From Intoshia linei (Eukaryota; Animalia; Orthonectida): 35,336 nt of DNA. Shown here piece after piece: positions 22,995-32,600 of this stretch. Under the pieces are notes generated by a model. That model was not told the origin of the DNA, searched no databases, and saw only the letters and a list, made by a program, of their open reading frames with translations. How positions within the stretch are numbered: position 1 is the first letter of the stretch; every line of letters starts with the position of its first letter. Location of the stretch: contig LWCA01000268.1 of assembly GCA_001642005.1 (NCBI GenBank), forward strand, positions 1-35,336, given 5' to 3'. Both the position numbers and the translations under genes were made by a program.

Positions 22995-24732
22995 ATGAAA
23001 CAAATATCTAACATTTGGTTAAATTATGAACGTAAAGGTGATAAAGCAGAGTGTAAGGTTTGCAAGAAAATGATATGTTGCAGTGGATCTTCGACCTCAG
23101 GCCTTCGTAGACATTCACAACGTCACAATATAAAAAGTGATGCAAATATATGTCAACCGAAAAAATAAATGAAACAAACATGTATTAATTCATTTGTAAA
23201 ACAAATTAAAACCAGGGAGGAATTGGTAGCTGAGTTAGTGTGTAAGGATGGATTTTCAATGACGGCAATAACTAAAAGTGAATTTATAAGAGAGGCATTT
23301 AAAAAATTATCCTATGGTTTGCCGAAACAATTTAGTGACATATTACATACGTTAAATATATATTTCAAATCAATAGTATCAATGTTAGGTGAGAAAATGG
23401 AAAAGTCAGTTCAAGATGGTAAACGTTTTAGTATATCCCTTGATGAATGGACTAGTTTTAGGAATTGAAAATACGTTAATGTGCACCTCTATGAAAACAA
23501 CTATAATGTCAAATTAGGTTTAATAAGAGTTCAGGGAAGTTGTCCTGCTGAAAGATTAATTGAACTTTTGATTCAAAAACTATTAAAATATAATTTGAAT
23601 ATTTTAACGGATGTATTATGCGTTTTCACAGATGGTGCCAGTGTATGTTTAAATTTGGAAGAATTTCCGGAATTTTACATCAACAATGTTATAATCATGC
23701 AATACACCTTGCTGTTATATCTGTATTATATTCTAGTGATTCGGAGGATTATGTTTACGTACAATCAGATACTGATTTTAGCTTCGACAGTGACGCAGAT
23801 ATATGTTACAGAACGGGATTATTGCCAATATCAGTTGCATTAAATGGATTTAAATTAAATGAAAAATTTTCCATAAAAAATAATATACTACAAAATTACA
23901 TATCATTGAAAGAAGGCCATGAGTTGAATTTATTGTTGGATACCCTGACGAGATGGAACAGTATTACAACAATGATGGATCGATTCCTGAAAGTATCGAA
24001 TTCAGTAATAACTGCTTTTAAATGATCTAAACTTATTTATTTATGTGGAATAATGGATTTTTAAATGTAGTTATACAAATTTCTAATATTCTAAAACCGG
24101 TTAAGATTGGTATCGAGGCATTGAGTAAGGCCGACATAAACTTATTAAAAGCAGATGCTATCATTCAATTTATTTACAATGAATTAGAAACAATTAATGG
24201 AGATAATTCGATACAATTACAGTTAAAGTTAAAAAGTGAAATAATGAAAAGGAGAAGCAAAGAACTGTTAACTCTTATTAAATTTCTACATGATTGCAAT
24301 TATTTTAGATTGAAAACAACCTGCAATGATCTCCCTATGTGTACAAAAAGTGAAACATTAATATTTTGTAAATCCTTTATAGATAGATTATTTAAAGAAG
24401 ATATCATTTATTCAGATAAAGAGATATGTGATGTAAAAGAAATAGATATATTGGAAAGATCTATTTCTGATAGTATGAAGTCAAATAATATCTTATCAAA
24501 TTCTCACAATTTATATGATGAATTCGATCGATATGAAAGAACTGGAACGCTATTATCAAGATTGTTAAAATTAAAGGAAGCCCTTATGACCGTTCAACAC
24601 AACACTACAACACAAAATGAAAGAAATTTCTCCACTGCTACTAATTTCGTTACAAAACGTAGAACGCGTTTAAATGACGAATCTATCAATATTATGTGTG
24701 TTTTGAAACACTTTTTCAACAGTCTAAAATAA
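22995..24732 (+). pseudogene. Decayed hAT-superfamily transposase (BED finger, DDE, C-terminal dimerisation domain)
   Basis: IWLNY..AECKVC..STSGLRRH..H BED finger, SISLDEWTS, TDGAS, CYNHAIHLAV, TRWNS, NERNFS, TKRRTRLND. Interrupted by stops at 23166, 23466, 24023 and a frameshift near 23645; intronless; TIRs not identified. Confidence 0.9.
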
Positions 24733-24861
24733 ATAAATTTTTTCCTAATTAAATTTGTAAATTTCAATATAGATTCGTGTTATTTAATTAAATTTCTTTT
24801 TGTTTCTAAAATTAATTAAGGTCTCTAAAATTTTTAATGCTTCTATATTATATAATATATA

Positions 24862-25738
24862 CACCCCGACAAACCGTTAGAGTACCTTATAAAAATGCTA
24901 TTAAAACCATTTTCTGGATAAAAATTAAAATAAAATTTAATAAATTTATAAAATGTCACTTACATATAACATGTCAAAGTGTATAAATATAATTTATTGC
25001 AATTATTCATCGCTAATTATTTCAAAATATTTAGTCATTATCGATCACGCGACAAAAGTGCTCTAAGAGATTATATTTTAAGTATTAATTAGCACTAAAG
25101 CATTAGAACATTATTAATTAACATTATTAACATTAGCAAGTATTAGCATTAGAAGTAGGAAGTGCATACAAACGTATCTCAATAATCGTTCGTCAAAAAA
25201 ATTAAATAATAAAATTGGACGCCCAAAGACATTAAGTCCATCTGATAGACGACTTTTATTGCGAGAAGCGTCTAATTCTCGTTTTAATGCTAGTTCAATA
25301 AAATCAAATTGTTTTTTTAAGGACGTTTCCACTCGGACGATACAACGGGAATTATTTTCCTCACCGAACATTTAACGCGTCTAAAATGACTAAAGAATGG
25401 TTAAATCATAAAAATATTACTGTTCTTCCGTGGCCACCATGCTCACCGGATCTAAACCCAATAGAAAATATATGGGGAATGATGACTGGGATTGTATATA
25501 AAGATGGAAAACAATATAAATGTTTAAAAGATCTGAGATCAGCCATAGAGAGAGCTTGGAATTTCATTGGAACCAACCCAAGGTTAACACTTTAATTGCA
25601 AGTATGCCTTCTATAATTTTTGAAGTTATTACAAATACAGGTGGAAGAAGTCATTATTAAAGTTATAAAATTATGTTTTAAATAAATTATTGTACCTATT
25701 TTGCTGTAAATTAGAAAGCGTTAGAGCACTTTTGTCGC
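24862..25738 (+). mobile_element. Internally deleted Tc3/Tc1-like element
   Basis: N-terminal GRPKTLSPSDRRLLLREASNS (~25217) joined almost directly to TKEWL..WPPCSPDLNPIENIWG..VYKDGKQY (25386-25595), so the first two catalytic Asp regions are missing. Perfect 18-bp IR gcgacaaaagtgctctaa (25049-25066) / 25721-25738; related motif CGTTAGAGTAC after TA-CAC at ~24860. Confidence 0.85.
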
Positions 25739-26641
25739 ATATTTATTTCGACTTTTTTTTCATTATCAAATTATAAAAAAAGTATACATAATTACACAAT
25801 TTAAAATTCTGGCCAATAACTGATATACTATATTGTTTTAGTATTGAAAAAATTAGATTATTGAAAGAAGAAATTATGGATACTCGACCATCTAATAATT
25901 TATCTAATTATGAAGAAAGTATAGATTTGGCTTTAAAAAACGTTGAATCATTGATTGTCTTGTCTAATAAAATTGATATGGACTCAGAGTCGGATTTTTG
26001 ACAAAAATACAAAAAATTACAAGACAAATAGTCTAAATATTTGTAGATACCACGTTTAAAAGCTCAAATGCCAATTTCAGTTAAAATAAAATTCAGTTTC
26101 AATGAATGAAAATGATATTTAAAATGGCAAACGCAACTCGAATAGAAAGCGTTAAATGTTTTTGATTGCAAATTAGTTTTTTTATTTTAAAAATACACAC
26201 TGTTAGTTAATAATTGCTTGTGATTCTTTGATGGGTGTGACACCCTAATATACATATCGTGTATAATTACGCATTCACTTAAGGAAATGATTTTTTTTTC
26301 AGTTCCAATTTCATCGTCTGGGTTTATTCACTCGCTTCCGGGTAATAGCCTGTAAAGTGTGTTACATAGCAAAAAAATAATTTTTATTTTAATTAATATT
26401 TGCATGTATGTGATATTAATATGTGAAAACATTTGAAAATAAAAACAAATATACTATAATATTTAATATGTTTAGTAACAAGGAAAAATAACAGATATTT
26501 AAACGTCCAAAAGAAAAATCTTTCGTCAGGTCGTGATTTAAATATCTTAAAACATGATTGAAATAAGAATCGACCAAGAGATATTGATCATCAATAATTG
26601 ATTATGTTCCGGGTTAGTAGAGTAAATTCTATTTGATTAAT

Positions 26642-29600
26642 TTATATGATCAAAACGACGATAGTAGCAATTATAGATATAGCGTATAGCCGTGACATAA
26701 TTGTTAGCGCCGAGCTGATCGAACCAAAGTTGCAACCATCTTCAACGCAACATCTTTCGCAAATCTAATGTAAGTTAAATAATAATAAAAAAAGTAAAAG
26801 TACTGTTTCTCCAGTAGTATTTGATGTTTTACACATCATGTTTTGTGCATCAATAAGACAAGGGTCTTGTTTGCACGTACGATTATAAAAACCGTCTCCG
26901 ATTTCTTCAGTTTTCTTTGTAGAAGTAATCTACATTAAAATAAAAATATGTAATAATCCATTTACCCAGCAACTCCCAGTGACTCCTAAACCTTCACATC
27001 CACCCATGGTAAAATTAGACGCACTAAAGAGATCGGTACAACTTTTTTCATTAGAAGCGCAAAAGAAACATCTTCCTGCAGAACAGATTTCTTTATCTAC
27101 GGACAAATAATTTGAAGCGTCACATTCTTCACAGAAAGCTCTGGGGTCGACACATTTCAAACAGTTTGATTGACAATCTAAATGCACAATATAGGTACAC
27201 AGCTTGATTAAATTACTTATGCAAGCAAGTCGGTCATCTTGAACAATATAGTCATTGTAACAATCTGTACAGTATACAACATTAGCGTACAAAAAGCATT
27301 CTTCGCAATTTGGTATTTTCGTCGAACATTCTAAAAATTGATATAAAAAATAATAAATTAGTAAACTTGTGCAAATTACTGGCGTCACAGTAGTATCTAA
27401 GTAAGATTGATCATCACATTTCAAGCATGTAATAAGATCCAGACATTTTTCACAATTTTCACCACATTCTATAAATATGTTTAATAGCTTTTAATTATTT
27501 TACTTTTGCAAGTCACTGTAGTTTCTTCCCACATAGTTCCATCCATACATTCTGTACAAGATTTTGAGTTTATGCATCTATTGCAATAACCTGGACAACC
27601 TAATTTCTATTAAGTGTGTATTTATATAAATATTACTTGAACACGTTTTGCCTTTGGTATCATAAAAAGTGGCATCTTTGCAAAGAGAACAAGAAACACC
27701 ATCTGAACATTTTAGACAGTTTCCCATACACACTAAAATATAATATTTGATTTATCATTTCATTTATGATTCTTTGTTTAAGTATTATAATAATCCAAAT
27801 TTATTAACAATTATTGTAAATATATTATAATTAGTATTGTGGTAATAAGAAATTCACACGGAAAAATAATGGATATGGAACCGGCAGTACTTTCTGGATT
27901 TAGATTATATTAAATACGTCAATGAATTTAGTATTTAAATTTATTTATTGAAAGCAGATATTGATTATAATGGTTTATTTACAATTTTATTTTTTCTGGA
28001 ATTTAAGCTATTTAAGACAATTTTTACGATTTACTGTTTTGACTTTTTTTAAGAATATACAGTGTGTTTAATAATAATAATATACTCATCCTCTTTAATA
28101 AATTAAACAAATGGGATCACAAAATTGTGTTTAAAATTCTTTAAAAAAATGTTCATTGAACGTCTACACATTTCAAATAAAGAAATATGGGTGAAAATTT
28201 ATATAATTTATTCCTACTGATTTTTTTTCACTGCTACGCAATTTTTCATTCTCATTTTCACAAAAGTAGAAAGTTATTTTAAATTTTAATTTAAAACTAC
28301 AACAACGAAGTACAACAAAGTACAATTTTGTTATTATCATTTTTATATTTATTACAATGATTTGCAATGTTGGTCAAATTCATTTTCAATGTTTTTAAAG
28401 TACTCATTCAGTTAATATTTTGATTGATACAAAATAGATACTTTTTACTTGTCGAAAGCAGATACTGAATATATCATCACATTCAAAAAGACAATACATT
28501 ACGTATTCATAATTTTATTTTTTCTGGAATTTAAGCTATTTATGAAAATTTGTAGAATTGTACTGTTTACTTTGTTTTTAAGATTATACACAAAAATTTA
28601 AACAATAAAAGTAAGGTGGAACAATTCACTTTAAATTAAAAGGTAATGTGATATGACGGGTCCACGTGAAACAAGTTTGGGAATGACTACTTTAAAGGAT
28701 TGATAATAGTAAATAGTAGTATTTTTAAATTAGATGTTCAATGTGAATTTTATATTAGAATAAAAATGTCCCTCGGCAAAGCCAGGTGTTGTTTGTACGT
28801 AGTACAAAACAGTCAACCAGATTATTATAGTATATATATGTATTATACAACAGTTATTAATAAAAATCAATATTTAAACAATAATATATTTATAACATCA
28901 AAAATCATACTTGCACACGATTTAGACACATCGTCAAAATAATAGCTGCTTGTTAAGCAAGTATCACATGTTTCCTTAGCAGAACATTTGTCACAATTTG
29001 CAGGACAGGCTATAGTACATTGTATATATTTAATGATTTTATTTACCGGCACATAGAGTCGTCGTAGAATCAAAATAATATCGATCAATACACTTTGAAC
29101 ACGTCGTGGCAGATGTGCATTCCAAACAATGTAACGAACAAGCTAAAAATGTAAACCACCACAAAAATAATACCTGAACAAGTTCCAGAAATCAAGTAAA
29201 ATGATGAATCGCATAAAGTACACATGGTTGCATCAGAGCAGATTAAGCAATTCAACGGACATACTGAAATAATATAAATTTAATTTTTACATATAATACC
29301 CACGCATAGTTCCAATTTATGATAGTCAATACACGTTTTGCATGAATGTGTAATAGCACCACTATCGGCATCACACGTTGAACAAAATTGAGAAGTTGCT
29401 GAATTGTTAATTAGTAAAATTTTATCTAAAATGAAATAATTTTACCTAAGCATTCATTGGCTGAATTTATACAAAAATTTGCATTACAGGTTAAACATGT
29501 CTTATCATCAGTACAAATTTGACAGTTACTGGAGCAAACTATGTAAATTTATATTATTTTTAAAAAATGATACGGGAGCAAGTAGTTACACCAGCAACAA

Positions 29601-32600
29601 CATTTAGATAATATCCAGGATCACATAATGTACAAGGCGATGCCGTTTCGCAAGTTGCACAGTTGTTTATACAAACTAAACATTATATATAGGATTTAAA
29701 GTTCCATACGTTGACAAATTAAGGCATTTGCGTCCCAATATTTACTACTATAACATGTAGAACACAATGTTCCCGACGAACACGTTTTACAACCGTTTGG
29801 ACAATCTAAAAACTACTGCAAAGTATTAACTAGTATATACCGCTGCATGTAGCCGGAGTTGAAACAAAAAATCTACCATCTCCGCAATCTGAGCAATCTT
29901 TCAAAGAACTACAACTATCACAGTACGCTATACAATCTAAAACTTGATTTTACTGTTAAGAAAATAATACTTTCGCATGCAAAACTAACATCATTGAAGT
30001 ACATTGCAGCTGGACAAATATCGCATGTCGTGGTACTTGAGCATCCTAGACAGGCGGTTGGGCAATCTAATGTTTGTTAAAATGGATCAATAATATTTTA
30101 CCGAGGCAGCCGTCAGAATCTGATTTCCAGAATTTAGCTCTGCTGTTTCCATTTACAAATAATCCGCATCGGTCGCACTCGTCAGAACTAAGGAAAACCA
30201 TAGTGCTATAACATGCTAGGATAGTTGTAAATATATTATAAATTAAATTACTATAACACATGGTGTTCTTAAAGTATCGACTTTCAGCGACAGATGAACA
30301 TGCTTCACATATAGACTTTTCTTTATAATAACAATCTATGCATTAATTAGAATGTGATGCATACCAACATACCAACACAAGCTCCATTGGACCATACTTT
30401 TCCATCTGTACATTGATCGCAAGAAGTAGTACTTGAACAAGATACGCAATTTATTGGACAATCTTAAGATATAAATGTGATATATGCATTAAAAATAATA
30501 TTACCTTTGCACAATGAGGCTTCGAATACTTTACTCACACAATTATTGCATTCTGGAGCTGTAGTGGGTAATCCGGATGAACATGCTTTGCAGCTCCATG
30601 TTGTTGGGTCCCAATAATAGTCCAATTTACATGAAGTACATCCATTTGTACCACATACAAGACAATTTTCCATGCAAGCTGGAAAAAATATATAATTTAA
30701 TAAAATTGAGCGTACTGATGCAAGTTGGAGTGCCATTTGCCCAATACAATGGAGAAGAAGCTGTTGTACAAGCATTGCATCTAGTGCTTGTGTCCATTGG
30801 GTGTTTAGCGCAATCAATTGCTATATAATATAGTAATTTATTTTTAAACAAAATGTAATTACCCACACAGTCATTTCCATCATGTTGAGCGGCCGGACAA
30901 GAAAGGCAGGCGCCACTAACCAAACCAGCCAAAGTTGCACATGACACAACTATATTTAATATTGAAATATAAATATTATGATATTTTACCATCGCATGTG
31001 TTAGTATTCCAAAATCTATTTTTTTTTTTTGCTGCACATCTATCACAATATGCCTGCGCTTCAGCTATATCTGGTGAAGCCGTACAATCCAAATCTAATC
31101 TATGTAAAATGTACCTTTAATTTTTTACCTAGACAGAAACCAGTACCACCACCTGCAGTCCAGGTTGTATCCATACACCCTGTGCACATTTCTTGTGAAG
31201 ACAGAAACGATAAGAATAAATTTTTGGTACAATCATCGCTGGCCATGGCTACAATTAATTAATTTTGGATATGAAGCATTATTACCCACACAATTTGTTC
31301 CATCCCATTTATATTCCATTGTTTGATCACATATCTCTTTTGTATCAGGTATGGTATTCCTTGTGTGTACTTTGATAAAAATAATATTTATTGTCGTATA
31401 TTATTGATGGAACATCCCCAAAAGTGGAACTCAAAATTTAAAGTTAAGTTCAAATAAATTTAATTTAAAAATTAAAATATAAATAAATAATTTATATTAT
31501 GTATCAGCAGAGTAACATCTGGTCAATTTAATAGTGCTGTCGAAAGAATCTATTTGCAGATATATTTTAGAAGATGAATTTATTTTTTACACATGGTTCA
31601 ATTACAATTAAATGATAAGTATCAAACTTATTGTTGTACATAAATATATAAACATAATTGTATATCAATAAATTAAATATTATACTGAACTGAACTGTAA
31701 ATTTTGACTATTTCACTTTTGGGGTGTTCCATCAATGGTATTCTATATTTATTATATAAATGTGTTTTACCAACACAAGTGCTTTGTGCATTAACATACA
31801 TATGATGACATCTTGGACACTCTGCCGCTATAATTGAGTCGCACGTATCAGCTAATATTTTTGTATATTTTAAATTACATATATAATTCAATTACCGGTT
31901 CCGGCATCTGCAATTGCCCAGCATGCATTACATAATTGTTGTGACTAAAACAAGTAATTTGTGAATGATAGTAGTCTGTATAGTAAATGTTCTAAGAACA
32001 TTGTTAATAATGCAATAATTACTATCCTTTACTTATATAAAATTAAATGTCTGAGTGTGTATGTATTACCATATATTTAAAAAATTTAACCAAACCCAAT
32101 TTCTAATACAGTTTTTCGCAGAGAATGTTGATATCTATATTTTATTTCCCGAATTTGAGTTATTCAGAGTCCAAACCGAATTTCCCCTTTTGCCATAAAT
32201 AAATAAAATCAGCCAAAAATTTTAATAAAACTTACATTTTGGGACTCGTTTTAAAATCATTACATTGTCGTAAATTTTCATTAATCAAAAGATAATTTTC
32301 AAGTTCAAAATCCAAATTATCTTTTTTTTCAAATGAAAACACCGCTAAAATTTTAAAAAAAATTGCAAATAGTAAAGTTGTATCCTGTTGACATACACAA
32401 AAATGTAAGAAGTAAGTAAGAATTATAATTTCATTATTATTAAATATAGTAAATACCGCTGTTCCGGTACAATCTGCCAAACCATTACCTTAACATACAT
32501 TTTATTCATGTTTAAATAATGTATTACCATTGCAAGCACCACTATCATACCAATAACCCTCACACGCGTTACACAAATCTACCGTAGACCCGGAAACAAC

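Noticed and set aside
30361-30372. Tandem alternative 5' splice sites (GTATGTTG GTATGC on minus)
   Set aside because: The second donor is 8 nt away and would frameshift; no evidence of use.
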